Below the pieces are notes generated by a model. The model searched no databases. It was not told the DNA's origin and worked only from the letters and a program-made list of their open reading frames with translations. Below are positions 20,754 through 31,292 of a DNA stretch of 64,000 bases, one piece after another. Within the stretch, counting starts at the first letter, position 1. The number at the start of each line of letters is the position of its first letter. The position numbers were made by a program, and so were the translations under genes. The DNA comes from an uncultured Chroococcidiopsis sp. (lineage in GTDB: Bacteria; Cyanobacteriota; Cyanobacteriia; Cyanobacteriales; Chroococcidiopsidaceae), in assembly GCA_964248365.1 (NCBI GenBank), contig CAXTYC010000013.1, positions 32,001 through 96,000 of the forward strand. The letters are read 5' to 3'.

Positions 20754-21716
20754 ATGCGTATTGCACAAGATATTACCCAATTAGTTGGTCGTACTCCTTT
20801 AGTACAACTCAATCGTATTCCTCAAGCCGAGGGTTGTGTAGCTCGGATCGTGGTGAAACTGGAGAGCATGAACCCAGCAGCTTCCGTCAAGGATCGGATT
20901 GGCGTTAGTATGATTAATGCGGCGGAGCAAGAGGGTTTGATTACCCCAGGCAAGACGATTTTAGTTGAACCTACTTCAGGAAATACAGGTATTGCCTTGG
21001 CAATGGCGGCAGCGGCAAAGGGGTATAAGTTAATTTTGACGATGCCGGAGACAATGAGTTCTGAACGTCGAGCTATGTTACGGGCTTATGGGGCGGATCT
21101 GGAACTAACATCAGGAATTGAGGGCATGAGCGGCGCAATTAGACGAGCGCAGGCGATCGCAGAAACAATGCCCAATGCTTATATGTTGCAACAATTTCGC
21201 AACCCAGCTAACCCCCAAGTTCACCGACAGACAACAGCCGAAGAAATCTGGGAGGATACAGACGGACAAGTTGATATTATGGTAGCGGGGATTGGTACTG
21301 GTGGCACACTCACAGGAGTGGCAGAGGTAATCAAAGCTCGAAAACCGAGTTTTCAAGCGATCGCCGTTGAACCAGCCAATAGTCCAGTTTTATCTGGAGG
21401 TCGCCCAGGACCCCATAAAATTCAGGGGATTGGTGCTGGCTTTGTGCCGCAAGTCCTCAAAGTTGACTTAATTGACGAAGTGATTACCGTCACTGATGAT
21501 GAATCGATCGCTTATGGTAGGCGCTTAGCAAGAGAAGAAGGGCTATTATCTGGAATTTCGAGCGGAGCCGCTTTATATGCCGCAATTCAAGTTGCTCAGC
21601 GTCCAGAAAATGAGGGCAAGTTAATTGTAATGATTCAGCCCAGCTTTGGTGAACGTTACCTAAGTACACCATTGTTTCAAGATTTGGAGCCAAAGCAGCC
21701 AGCTACTGTTAGTTAA
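20754..21716 (+). CDS. cysK: Cysteine synthase A
   Basis: SVKDRIG (PLP lysine), [13 protein letters not shown] and PHKIQGIG motifs. Confidence 0.97.
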   Translation: MRIAQDITQLVGRTPLVQLNRIPQAEGCVARIVVKLESMNPAASVKDRIGVSMINAAEQEGLITPGKTILVEPTSGNTGIALAMAAAAKGYKLILTMPETMSSERRAMLRAYGADLELTSGIEGMSGAIRRAQAIAETMPNAYMLQQFRNPANPQVHRQTTAEEIWEDTDGQVDIMVAGIGTGGTLTGVAEVIKARKPSFQAIAVEPANSPVLSGGRPGPHKIQGIGAGFVPQVLKVDLIDEVITVTDDESIAYGRRLAREEGLLSGISSGAALYAAIQVAQRPENEGKLIVMIQPSFGERYLSTPLFQDLEPKQPATVS

Positions 21717-21733
21717 CGCGCTTCATTGATTGA

Positions 21734-22492
21734 ATGGTTATTTCAAATCACTACGAAACTCTACGTATTGATCCCAATGCCAGCCAAGCCGAGATAAAAT
21801 CTGCCTATCGCCGCTTGGTGAAATTATTTCATCCTGACAGCAATCAGGAAACAGCAGATCACGAACAGATTATTCGGATCAATGCTGCTTATGAGGTGTT
21901 GGGTGATGCTTACAGTCGTTCCTCATATGATCGACAACTACGTCTTGACAACGGGCGATCGCCCAGTCAAACAGAGGTACGCCATCAACAGCAACAGCGT
22001 ACAACTGCCCCTTCTCAACCTGCGGCGCCAGCCGACTGGCGCGGCGCGCCCCGTCAAGCTCAATACCAAGCCTCTCGTCCCAACGGAAGAGAAGCTGACG
22101 AACAACTAGAAAAATGGGTACACCAAGTTTATCAACCTGTCAACCGTTTGCTGTGTCGTATTCTCAATTCCCTAGAACAGCAGATTGAAACCTTGGCGGC
22201 TGATCCGTTTGATGATGAACTGTTGGAAGAATTTCAGACTTACATAGAAAGTTGCCGAGACTGGCTTAGACAAGCTCAAAGAACTTTCCGTTCCATGCCA
22301 AATCCTCCCAGTGTAGCAGGAGCCGCAGCTCACCTCTATTACTGCCTAAATCAGATAGCAGATGGGCTAGATGAGTTAGAGTACTTTCCACTCAACTACG
22401 ATGAGCGATATTTGCACATGGGTCAAGAAATGTTTCGGATTGCCAATGGATTGCATTGCGAAGCACAAGAATCAGTCGAGGCGATCGCTTAA
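21734..22492 (+). CDS. J-domain (DnaJ-type) protein
   Basis: HYETL..., HPD motif and INAAYEVL. Confidence 0.9.
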   Translation: MVISNHYETLRIDPNASQAEIKSAYRRLVKLFHPDSNQETADHEQIIRINAAYEVLGDAYSRSSYDRQLRLDNGRSPSQTEVRHQQQQRTTAPSQPAAPADWRGAPRQAQYQASRPNGREADEQLEKWVHQVYQPVNRLLCRILNSLEQQIETLAADPFDDELLEEFQTYIESCRDWLRQAQRTFRSMPNPPSVAGAAAHLYYCLNQIADGLDELEYFPLNYDERYLHMGQEMFRIANGLHCEAQESVEAIA

Positions 22493-22697
22493 AGAGGGGC
22501 TGGGGGCTAGGGGCTAGGGGCTAGGGAACTATGAAGTATAAAGGATGAAGTTTGAAGGATGTACAAGGGAGCGTTCCCCAAGGGTAGGATGAAGTGTGAA
22601 ATTTTAACCTTTATCCTTTAACATGAGCGCCTTTTCCCTTTCCCCTTTTTCCTTTTTCTAACCTCTAGCCCCCAGCCCCCAGCCTCTAGCCCCTAGT
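22493..22697. repeat. Nested bipartite array: (GGGGCTA)n(GAAGGAT)n, AATTTT junction, then (CCTTTTC)n(CCCCCAG/CCCCTAG)n
   Basis: Read directly. Confidence 0.9.
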
Positions 22698-22743
22698 TTG
22701 GTAGGATAAGTTTACACAAGTTAACATACTGCTGCCCAAGCCC

Positions 22744-23616
22744 ATGCAATGTATCGTCAATCGTCGCGCTCAATTTTCAGCCAGCCATAGGTATTGGTTG
22801 CCAGAACTGAGCGAAGCACAGAACATTCAGAAATTTAGCTTATGCTCCCGCTTTCCCGGACACGGACATAATTATGTCTTGTTCGTATCCATAGCAGGAG
22901 AGTTAGACGAATATGGCATGGTGCAGAACCTGTCTACAGTCAAACAAGTGATCAAGCGGGAAGTAACTAGCCAGCTTGATTTTTCCTATCTCAACGACGT
23001 GTGGACAGAATTTCAAGAAACGCTGCCTACAACCGAAAACATCGCTAGAGTAATCTGGCAAAGGCTTGCACCTCACCTACCACTAGTCAAAATACAGCTA
23101 TTTGAACATCCAGAACTTTGGGCAGAATATCAAGGGAACAGCATGGAAGCATATCTTACTATTAGCACTCACTTTAGCGCCGCTCATCGGCTAGCTCATC
23201 CTGATCTGAGCGGGGAAGAAAACGCCGAGATTTACGGTAAATGCGCTCGTCCTAATGGTCATGGTCACAACTACCACTTAGAAGTAACCGTTAAAGGTGA
23301 AATTCACCCTCGCACGGGTATGATTGTCGATTTAGGTGCTTTGCAAAAGGTAATTGACGATTTGGTAGTTGAACCTTTTGACCATACTTTCTTAAACAAG
23401 GACATTCCCTATTTTGCCCAAGTTGTTCCCACTGCTGAAAACATTGCACTTCACATTTCTAACTTGCTGCAACAGCCAATTCGGGAACTAGGAGCAGAAT
23501 TACATAAAATTAAGCTAATTGAAAGTCCGAATAACTCCTGTGAGATTTACTGCACTCCATCAAATTCAGCTTCAGTTAATACAGCCGCAAGTGAACCAGT
23601 GTTGACGGGCGTGTAG
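22744..23616 (+). CDS. queD: 6-carboxytetrahydropterin / 6-pyruvoyltetrahydropterin synthase with two tandem domains
   Basis: Two FSAxH...C....GHGHNY...PTxENIA repeats. Confidence 0.88.
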   Translation: MQCIVNRRAQFSASHRYWLPELSEAQNIQKFSLCSRFPGHGHNYVLFVSIAGELDEYGMVQNLSTVKQVIKREVTSQLDFSYLNDVWTEFQETLPTTENIARVIWQRLAPHLPLVKIQLFEHPELWAEYQGNSMEAYLTISTHFSAAHRLAHPDLSGEENAEIYGKCARPNGHGHNYHLEVTVKGEIHPRTGMIVDLGALQKVIDDLVVEPFDHTFLNKDIPYFAQVVPTAENIALHISNLLQQPIRELGAELHKIKLIESPNNSCEIYCTPSNSASVNTAASEPVLTGV

Positions 23617-23645
23617 GCAATACGGTCAGGTGGGCAATGCCCACC

Positions 23646-24635
23646 CTACAAGATACGACGGGCTGAGTATCGTAAATATCTATAAATTCCCCAAGCTAGC
23701 AGTCCTGGTATTAAATTACCTAAGCTGCGACTAAATATAAACCACAAAACATCAGGGTAAAACAGTTGGGATAAACTCAAAGAGCTAAGATTTCTTGCTA
23801 GAAGGAAAAAACCCAATAGGGCATTACCACCCAGCATGAGGGCAAATAGCACTAAACCGAACTGCCAGTAACGGTGGATAGGTGTAAGACCAGAAATTAG
23901 GAGAATGGGGGGCTTTCTCTGCACTCTTCGTAGCAGTCCCTCCAGTCGCCAAAACATCCACAGCAGAAACGGAAATAAACCGTAACTTAAAAAATGCAGT
24001 GGTGGCGAATAACGCCAGGACGTAGAGAAAACATTAACTAGGGCGTGACAAATTACAGCATTTACCCAAGCCCTACCAGATCCTCTGTTCCTAGCAAGAG
24101 CATAACCCCAAGGAGCAGAAAACAAGGCGTGTACCAATGTTCCTATCGCGCGATCGCTCACCCCAGCCATATCGTTGCTAAGATAAACCCAGTTTTCCTG
24201 TGCCGTGAATCCTAGTGCGATCGCAATCGTCAACATAAATATAGTTGACAAACGTGATCTTGTGTGATAATGAGGGTAATGAAGGAGGCGATCGCTATAT
24301 AGAAATAACACCATACCGCCCAACTTGCAGCCTTCTTCAATTGCACCAACTTCCACCACTTGACGTAGGGCAACTCCAGCTAGCGATCGAGTGATTCTAT
24401 CCCAATTTACCCACCGATTAGCTAAATACTCAAATCCCCACTCCAAACCCAGTGCTACAAAACCTGATAGCGCCCCTACACCGAAGCATAGTAGCAAATG
24501 AAGTAGAGGCGGTCGAGGCAAAACGCGGCGATAGTAGTAGACAAGCAGTAACACAGGGGGAACGACTGCCCAGAATAATTGATATAGCAGGGATTCGGTA
24601 GGGGCGCTCTTTAAACGAGTTATCTGGAGGTTCAC
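23646..24635 (-). CDS. PrsW family intramembrane protease; start uncertain (GTG lies inside a repeat)
   Basis: IEEGCK, GFTAQEN, VHALF and HALVN motifs. Confidence 0.8.
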   Translation of the reverse strand: MNLQITRLKSAPTESLLYQLFWAVVPPVLLLVYYYRRVLPRPPLLHLLLCFGVGALSGFVALGLEWGFEYLANRWVNWDRITRSLAGVALRQVVEVGAIEEGCKLGGMVLFLYSDRLLHYPHYHTRSRLSTIFMLTIAIALGFTAQENWVYLSNDMAGVSDRAIGTLVHALFSAPWGYALARNRGSGRAWVNAVICHALVNVFSTSWRYSPPLHFLSYGLFPFLLWMFWRLEGLLRRVQRKPPILLISGLTPIHRYWQFGLVLFALMLGGNALLGFFLLARNLSSLSLSQLFYPDVLWFIFSRSLGNLIPGLLAWGIYRYLRYSARRIL

Positions 24636-24662
24636 AAGTATATCTGATCAACCCGCCCGTAC
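24598..24662. repeat. About 64-bp REP-doublet element GTAGGGGCGGGTTTA-N~35-TAAACCCGCCC(C/G)TAC; other copies at 12247-12310, 25753-25816, 25874-25937, 40230-40294 and 42209-42272
   Basis: Shared terminal inverted repeats, constant length of 64-65 bp, and an alignable spacer in three copies. Confidence 0.88.
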
Positions 24663-24794
24663 TAGGAAGTAGGGATTCGGGAGTAGTAACCATTCGTCCC
24701 AAGCTGAGCCTGTCCTAACTCTTTTCCCTGGCTGAGCCTGGGACTAGAATAATGAGGCTTTGCCTCAACACAGATACTGATGCTTCGATGTGAC

Positions 24795-25709
24795 TTACGC
24801 CACCTGAGCAACAAGGGTGCGATGGCGATGGGTGTTGCTAGTGATACTAGGAGCTTTAAAACCCGCTTCAACCAATGCCTGGGTAATATCCAATGTGAAA
24901 TACTGATCTAGATACGGCTCAGTACTTTTAAGTAACGTTAAAATGTAGGGAGGCATTTTGGTATAAATTTCGGACTGGGGATTCATGTCCATAATTGCCA
25001 AATGCCCACCAGAACGCAGCAACCGCCGCGCTTCACCCAAAATCTGCCGTGTTGCTGACTGCGGTAGTTCGTGACACACCAGAAAAATTGAGACTAAATC
25101 AAATGACGCATCAGGTAAACCTGTCGTTTCAGCTGCTGCGTGTACCCAGTTGATGTCAGCGTTACGTTGCTGTGAGTTGTAGTGAGCAACGGCGAGAAAA
25201 TAGGGTGACAAGTCTAAACCAGTAATTTTCGCCTGCGGATAAACCGCTTGCAGGGCAAATGTACTCATCCCCACACTGCATCCTATATCTAGGATATCTT
25301 GTGGCTGCTTAGCAATTTGGCTAGTGAGGATATCGTGGTAACTCGAACGCAATCTAGGATCGCCATCAGCTCCAGTATCTTGCCAAATTCCGGCATGAAC
25401 AGCATAAGCGGCTACTTCTACCTCTAAAGCAGCATCCCAGCTAAGATTACCTTTTTCGTAGGCGTGGAATGAGCAGCAGTAGTAATCTGGGTATGTTAGC
25501 TGAGGATTTTGTACCTGATTTAAATGACTTTCCCAATCTTGCTTACGCAACTCCTGCACTGTTTTCGTCCAGGGTACTCCGATTTTCTCAGCTCGCTTAA
25601 TCATCATTTGACGCGCTTGATGCTTAGCAAGGTTGGCTAAAGGCTTGATCCCTAGCACTGTGTTAACCAAGCGTGAAGTTACCCCAGTTGCAGTTTGTAC
25701 AGCAGTCAT
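24795..25709 (-). CDS. Class I SAM-dependent methyltransferase
   Basis: ILDIGCSVG, GLDLSP and SFDLV motifs. Confidence 0.9.
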   Translation of the reverse strand: MTAVQTATGVTSRLVNTVLGIKPLANLAKHQARQMMIKRAEKIGVPWTKTVQELRKQDWESHLNQVQNPQLTYPDYYCCSFHAYEKGNLSWDAALEVEVAAYAVHAGIWQDTGADGDPRLRSSYHDILTSQIAKQPQDILDIGCSVGMSTFALQAVYPQAKITGLDLSPYFLAVAHYNSQQRNADINWVHAAAETTGLPDASFDLVSIFLVCHELPQSATRQILGEARRLLRSGGHLAIMDMNPQSEIYTKMPPYILTLLKSTEPYLDQYFTLDITQALVEAGFKAPSITSNTHRHRTLVAQVA

Positions 25710-25958
25710 GAGTCAATTTCTAAAACAACTTTTTTAATTATTTTGACAGGTAGTAGGGACAGGGAGGATTAATATTATTGTTTAATAACTAACATTCCTG
25801 ACAAACCTGCCCCTACAGTAAATGTACGCATCATTTACAAGACCTCCTACATGAATCCGTTTTATCCATTAGGGTAGGGGCGGGTTTATTAAAAAGCTTC
25901 GATTTTCACACAGTATTTCGGTTAAACCCGCCCTTACAAATATATTCGTGCAGGAGGT

Positions 25959-26570
25959 CTACAGTCTAGAAACCGCTGGACACGGACGTAGATACCACCG
26001 CCAAGGTAAATCGATACCTTGAGATAAACCAATTCGGGTAGTCTGAACAATGGTAATAGCTTGACAATCAAGCTGCTGTTGGAATTCTCGCCGCCGATGT
26101 TCCAACCACAGCGGTTCACTCGGTTGGAGAACAATACCATTTAAACTGCGGTCAATTTGTAAGACATGGCACAGCTTACCAGGTCCTGCTGCAATTCTAT
26201 GGAGATTTTTTGCGCCACTGTCTAACCCAACTGGTAATGTCTCCAATTGCAAAGCCCGAACTAAAACAGCGCTGGGAATCCCTTCTCGATCTGTGACAAT
26301 ATTGAAACAGTGATATATACCATAAATTAGATAGATGTAGGTTCTCCCAGCAGAGCCAAATAGTACCTGGTTGCGTGGGGTAAGACGGCGATAAGCATGA
26401 AAAGCTGGATCACCAGGGGCATAAGCTTCTGTTTCTACAATCATTCCCCGCAAAATTTGTCCATCGGGTAATTTTCGGACAAGAGTACAGCCCAGTAGAT
26501 TTATTGCTACTTCGGTAGATGGACGCGCTAGCACTTCAGGTTCTACAATCTGATTGAATAGACTTGACAC
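25959..26570 (-). CDS. DNA-3-methyladenine glycosylase (AAG/MPG type)
   Basis: IVETEAY, YIYLIYG.YHCFN, AVLVRA, GPGKLC and RIG motifs. Confidence 0.93.
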   Translation of the reverse strand: MSSLFNQIVEPEVLARPSTEVAINLLGCTLVRKLPDGQILRGMIVETEAYAPGDPAFHAYRRLTPRNQVLFGSAGRTYIYLIYGIYHCFNIVTDREGIPSAVLVRALQLETLPVGLDSGAKNLHRIAAGPGKLCHVLQIDRSLNGIVLQPSEPLWLEHRRREFQQQLDCQAITIVQTTRIGLSQGIDLPWRWYLRPCPAVSRL

Positions 26571-26686
26571 TAAAACAATTTACCTGCCATTAAAAAAGTT
26601 GAACCTAGATATTTCTAGATCAGAAATTAAATCAGAGTGCTTTATCTAGTTATAGTCGTTGATTATTAAAGGAGAACGGTCACAAA

Positions 26687-26809
26687 ATGGATGTCAAGCT
26701 GATTTTAATCGGGCTAACTTGTCTTTTTACCGTTTCGTGTTTATTTTTTGGCACGAAAAATGGATTTTATGATTCAGATAATTATCACGGTAACGGTTCT
26801 GCCCACTAA
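26687..26809 (+). CDS. ndhP: NDH-1 subunit NdhP (not in the ORF track)
   Basis: Hand translation MDVKLILIGLTCLFTVSCLFFGTKNGFYDSDNYHGNGSAH*; AAAGGAG ribosome-binding site upstream. Confidence 0.9.
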   Translation: MDVKLILIGLTCLFTVSCLFFGTKNGFYDSDNYHGNGSAH

Positions 26810-26811
26810 AT

Positions 26812-27062
26812 GAACAGAGGCAGAAGGCTAAAGTATAAAGGGACTCGGGACTCGGGAAAGGTTGAAGGTTGAAGGCTAAAGGCTAAAGATTAAATTTCAT
26901 AGTTCATACTTCACACTTCATCCTTCATACTTCATACTTTACACTTCGCGCCTTTGTACAGACGCAATATATTGCGTCTCTATACACTTCATCCTTCATA
27001 CTTCACACTTCACTACTTCATACTTCGCACCTTCATCCTTCATCCTTCACATTTCATGCTTG
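26812..27062. repeat. Bipartite array: (GAAGGTT/AAAGGCT)n, AATTT junction, then (CATACTT/CATCCTT)n; REP palindrome embedded at 26956-26985
   Basis: Read directly. Confidence 0.85.
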
Positions 27063-27105
27063 ATAACTGTCGTTGCTTGCAGCCTCTGGCTAGTATAGGG
27101 TTAGA

Positions 27106-28818
27106 GTGGAGGGCAAGATGAGCGATCGCTTACCGATATCCTCTGGTTTGCTTGGGGAAACAAATTCAGAGCTAGAATGTTTTCCCTATGGTGTCCATCA
27201 TGAAAATGAAGGTGTCTGTTTACTAGTGCGGATGGGTCCCTACCGCATTTTACTTGACTGTGGTTTAACGGACGTTTCATGCCTACAACAGGGGCTAAAG
27301 CAACAATTACCAGCCGACTTGGTTTTGTGTAGTCACGCTCACCCAGATCACGCTAGAGGTTTACTAGCGCTGCATCAAGCTTTTGGGATGTTGCCTATCT
27401 ATGCTAGTGAAGCAACTACTCATTTACTAGGGCTAAATTGGTCAGACGTAGAATCAAGCACGATACAGCAATTTTGTCAAGCTTTACCTTGGCGATCGCC
27501 TGTAGAGTTCCAAGATGGACTGACGGCTGAATTATTTCCGGCTGGACATCTACCAGGAGCTGCGGCAATTTTACTTACCTACACTACTCCACGTCGAACT
27601 TATACACTGTTTTACACTGGGGACTTTTTTTTGTCCAACTCTCGCCTGGTGGAGGGTTTGCCTTTAGAAGAATTGCGAGGCTTAGAACCAGATGTGCTGG
27701 TGATTGAAGGTAGTTATGGCACGGCGCGTCATTCCCATCGGCGCAACCAAGAAAACATCCTAGCAGAAAGAATTAATCGCGCGATCGCCAGTTCTTACAG
27801 TGTCCTCCTTCCCACACCGTCTTTGGGTTTGGGTCAAGAAATCTTGATGCTCCTGCGTAGTCATCACAACTTCACAGGGCGCAACCTAGATATTTGGGTT
27901 GATGGAAATGTTGCCCAGGGTTGTGATGCTTACCTAGAATTGCTGCCCCATTTACCCACTTCGGTGCAGAATTTTGCTAAACATCAATCCCTATTTTGGG
28001 ATGAAAGAGTACGCCCCCGAATGCGGCGGCTAGAACCAGATATGCGTGGAACTGTTGGGCAATCTCCCTGCATTATCCTTACGGATGAAAGGGCTGATTT
28101 CACTGAGTACTGCCAGCCTAACACTGGTCCTTGGCTGATCTTAGTGCCGGAAAAACCAGGTTACTCACTTGCTTCTTTGCAGGCGGGTTTATCCGACACA
28201 CCCGTAGACAAAACAAAGCAGTTAAACTCTTCTTTACAAGCGCCGACTGAGGTTGAATCTTATCTACTGGCGCAGCATAGTGATGGTCCTGGTACTACCC
28301 AGCTAATTCACAATCTCCGACCTAAGCACGTAATTTTTGTTCACGGTTCTCCTACTTACCTAGCTGATCTCGCCAGTCTAGAGGAGCTACGTAACCGTTA
28401 TCACCTACATTCTCCTGCTGCTGGCACATTGGTAGAACTTCCGATTGGCGAAGTGTTCTTACAACCAGCAGCGCCAGAAGCTAACTATGAAGGTGAACTG
28501 AATGAATTAGAGACGGTAGTAACAATTAGCCTGCCCGATGCAATTACCACCGATCCTCGTTGGCGCTCTTTTGCGGATACAGGTTTGGTGTCAGCTCGTT
28601 GGCAAGGAGACGAATTAGTCTTACGCGGTTTGTCGCCACGAGAGCTACTTAATACCAGTAGCGATCGCGATCCTTGGACTGATTTGAACTGCTGCGCTAC
28701 CTGTAGATTTCAAAGGGGACAGCGCTGCTGGAACCCTGACTCTCCCCTATTTGGTTTCAAAGTTACCCCTGAAGGTTACTGTCCTGCTTTTGAACCCAAA
28801 ACTGAACCACCTGATTGA
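27106..28818 (+). CDS. MBL-fold beta-CASP metallo-hydrolase (RNA-processing type) with a C-terminal Cys cluster
   Basis: LLDCG, SHAHPDH, AGHLPGA, TGD, EGSYG and FVHG motifs. Confidence 0.88.
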   Translation: MEGKMSDRLPISSGLLGETNSELECFPYGVHHENEGVCLLVRMGPYRILLDCGLTDVSCLQQGLKQQLPADLVLCSHAHPDHARGLLALHQAFGMLPIYASEATTHLLGLNWSDVESSTIQQFCQALPWRSPVEFQDGLTAELFPAGHLPGAAAILLTYTTPRRTYTLFYTGDFFLSNSRLVEGLPLEELRGLEPDVLVIEGSYGTARHSHRRNQENILAERINRAIASSYSVLLPTPSLGLGQEILMLLRSHHNFTGRNLDIWVDGNVAQGCDAYLELLPHLPTSVQNFAKHQSLFWDERVRPRMRRLEPDMRGTVGQSPCIILTDERADFTEYCQPNTGPWLILVPEKPGYSLASLQAGLSDTPVDKTKQLNSSLQAPTEVESYLLAQHSDGPGTTQLIHNLRPKHVIFVHGSPTYLADLASLEELRNRYHLHSPAAGTLVELPIGEVFLQPAAPEANYEGELNELETVVTISLPDAITTDPRWRSFADTGLVSARWQGDELVLRGLSPRELLNTSSDRDPWTDLNCCATCRFQRGQRCWNPDSPLFGFKVTPEGYCPAFEPKTEPPD

Positions 28819-28927
28819 GAGAGCAAAAGGAGGCAAAAGGAAGCAAAAGGAGGCTGGGGTAGTGGTAGCGAATTATAAAGCCACTAACTTCTTTCCCTAG
28901 CCCCTGCGCCTTTGCCTCTAGCCCCTC

Positions 28928-29239
28928 CTAATCGGGATTCGAGTCTGTGTAACGATTACGAATGCGCTCTGCTTCTGGGCAATCGTCAGAAACAAGTGGT
29001 TCAACATTACCGCGTGGCACTGAAGCTAGTTTTTGAGTAACAGCACCAATGCTTTCTAGGCGAACCATTTCCTCCCAGGCGCAGATTTCATCTTCTTCTT
29101 CTGTTTCATAGCGCAGAGTGACTAAATCGCCTTCTATATCTAGGATACGGGCTCGCTCTATCCAGCGTTGCTGATCCCGCAAAAAGATACATACTTCACG
29201 CCCATCGCAACACAGTTGATAAATCTTGCGGTGTAGCAT
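28928..29239 (-). CDS. Conserved cyanobacterial hypothetical protein (DUF6679-like)
   Basis: MLHRKIYQLCCDGREV...WEEMVRLESIG; family name from memory. Confidence 0.7.
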   Translation of the reverse strand: MLHRKIYQLCCDGREVCIFLRDQQRWIERARILDIEGDLVTLRYETEEEDEICAWEEMVRLESIGAVTQKLASVPRGNVEPLVSDDCPEAERIRNRYTDSNPD

Positions 29240-29858
29240 TTATTGCTTCTACCTTTCTCAACGTATTTAAATCTGTTAATTTTTGGGCTAGAACCCACTT
29301 TATCATACCCACTTATATCGCTGGTTAACTCAACCATAACAAGATTGTAGTTACACCATCGCTCATGTTTTGCTTATTTTCAGTTTCATTCAAATCCCGT
29401 GTCGCTAGCTGTTGGTTAATTTGTTGCATTTGAGTCTAGGTCAATTGCTGCAAAGAGCTTTTAAGGAAGGTAATGGTTTATCAACAGCACCCCGTGTTTG
29501 AATTTTCACCCTAACCTAGCTATTAGTTGCTACCGACTTTTTTGAATTGCGCTGATTTCAAGGACACTCCTTGATAAGTTTACTTTATCCATCTGTGTGC
29601 CTGCTCGAATTGAGTGGCATTGATTTAGAGTCAAGGGACTCTGTGCGCTTAATCCTATTGTATTATATTTTAACTCATTCTCTTGCCCCTGTTGATCATT
29701 TTAAGAGAAAAGCTATGCCTAATTGGGGTAATTTTGAATGTTTCGCTCATTGTGCGATCGCCCCCCATCTGTGTTAATAAAATAACCGAAAATGCCAAAA
29801 GCGGTTAAGTAAAACTAGATTGTGCTTAAAAAACCTAATAAAATGATAAAAAATTAAG

Positions 29859-30674
29859 CTACTGGCTACTATGACTATAAAAACGACGAAAATCTTCATC
29901 TTTTTGACTTAGCTGTACCCATTCGACTGACAAATCTTGGAATTTTGCCACCAAGCGATCGCAAGCAGGGCGTTCGGTAGCATAATGTCCAGCATCAATC
30001 AAAATCAGTCCGCGATCGCGGCTTTCTTGAAATTGATGAAACTTACAATCAGAAGTCAGATAAACTTCAGCCCCCGTCTTTACCACATCTGAAATAAAGC
30101 TAGCCCCCGAACCGCCCAAAACTGCTACGCGCTGAATCGTTTGCTGTAAATCAGCAGTGGGAAAATAAATTAGATCGGGAGGATTGAGCAAAGTTTGAAT
30201 TTGAGTCAGTAACTCTTGTAGAGTCAAAACTGGGCTTAAATCACCAACACGACCATATCCGAGTTCTGATGTAGTTGGTACAATTGGCTTTACCTGCTTG
30301 AGTTTTAACAGAGTCGCTAGTACGTCAGCTGTGCCATCGGACACTTGATCGAAGTTGGTATGAGCAGTGTAAACTCCGATTTGGTGGATAAAAGCTAGCC
30401 ACGTCATTTGGGCGATCGGATTTCCCATGCGAAGCGATTTAAGCGGACTAAAAATCAGGGGATGATGGGCAAAAATCAGATTAATTCCCATACCTGACTT
30501 CTGCAAGGCGATCGCTTCTTGCATCACAGCTAAAGTAGGAGTCAAACACACTAATACTCGTGCTGGTTGATCCAATACTCCAGGTTCAATCTGCCAACCA
30601 CAATTATCCCAGCTTTCCTGCATCGCTGGATTTGCCCAATTTTCAAACCAGTTAATTAAATCGACTATTTTCAT
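29859..30674 (-). CDS. Nif3-like dinuclear metal centre protein
   Basis: WDNCG, HHPLIF, HTNFD, GSG and GHYATE motifs. Confidence 0.93.
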   Translation of the reverse strand: MKIVDLINWFENWANPAMQESWDNCGWQIEPGVLDQPARVLVCLTPTLAVMQEAIALQKSGMGINLIFAHHPLIFSPLKSLRMGNPIAQMTWLAFIHQIGVYTAHTNFDQVSDGTADVLATLLKLKQVKPIVPTTSELGYGRVGDLSPVLTLQELLTQIQTLLNPPDLIYFPTADLQQTIQRVAVLGGSGASFISDVVKTGAEVYLTSDCKFHQFQESRDRGLILIDAGHYATERPACDRLVAKFQDLSVEWVQLSQKDEDFRRFYSHSSQ

Positions 30675-30779
30675 CTTTTTATATCATTTATTTGTTAGTT
30701 GGTACAAACGTAGCACTGCTAAGTCTTTCCTGGTAGTTGGTAGTTGGTAACTGATAACTGATAACTGATAACTGATATA

Positions 30780-31193
30780 TTAATTACCGGAAATGTGAAC
30801 AACTATTTCTCTGGTATGATTACGCTGGCGGTGTTCCCATATATAGATTCCCTGCCAAGTTCCCAGCAGCAATTGACCTCTAGCAATGGGGATTTGTTCT
30901 GAGGTGTGGGTGAGGGCTGTACGGATGTGAGCTGGCATATCATCTGCACCTTCAGCATCGTGAATATACTGTGCTGATTCTGGCACTAGTTTTGCCATAA
31001 AGTTAGCTAAATCCTTGAGTACATCAGGATCAGCGTTTTCTTGAATAATTAAACTGGCTGAAGTGTGACGTAAAAATAGGGTACAAAGTCCAACTTCTAC
31101 GCCAGAATCCGCAACTATTGCCTCAATTTTTGAGGTAATGTTAGTTAAAGATTTGCCAGTGGTAGGAAATTTGAGTATTTGTTGGTAGGGCAT
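30780..31193 (-). CDS. YjbQ/UPF0047 family protein; start taken at MPYQQ
   Basis: HTSASL.IQENADPDV, DMPAHIR and LGTWQGI motifs. Confidence 0.92.
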   Translation of the reverse strand: MPYQQILKFPTTGKSLTNITSKIEAIVADSGVEVGLCTLFLRHTSASLIIQENADPDVLKDLANFMAKLVPESAQYIHDAEGADDMPAHIRTALTHTSEQIPIARGQLLLGTWQGIYIWEHRQRNHTREIVVHISGN

Positions 31194-31194
31194 A

Positions 31195-31292
31195 GGTAAT
31201 AATTGGTAATTGGTAGTTGGTAATTGGTAGTTGGTGATTCTCCCACTCTCCCCATCTCCCACTCTCCCCTGATTCCCCCTCACCCCTCTTAG
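31195..31292. repeat. Bipartite array: (TTGGTAA/TTGGTAG)n, GATT junction, then (CTCCCA/CTCCCC)n
   Basis: Read directly. Confidence 0.85.

Noticed and set aside
22744..23616. queD as part of a 7-deazaguanine DNA-modification cluster
   Set aside because: No dpd, queC, queE or folE neighbours; the two-domain form is ordinary in cyanobacteria.
31194..31283. N-terminal extension of YjbQ (MRGNQGRVGDGESGRITNYQLPTTNYQLLP)
   Set aside because: It is translated repeat DNA; the family-like sequence starts at MPYQQ.
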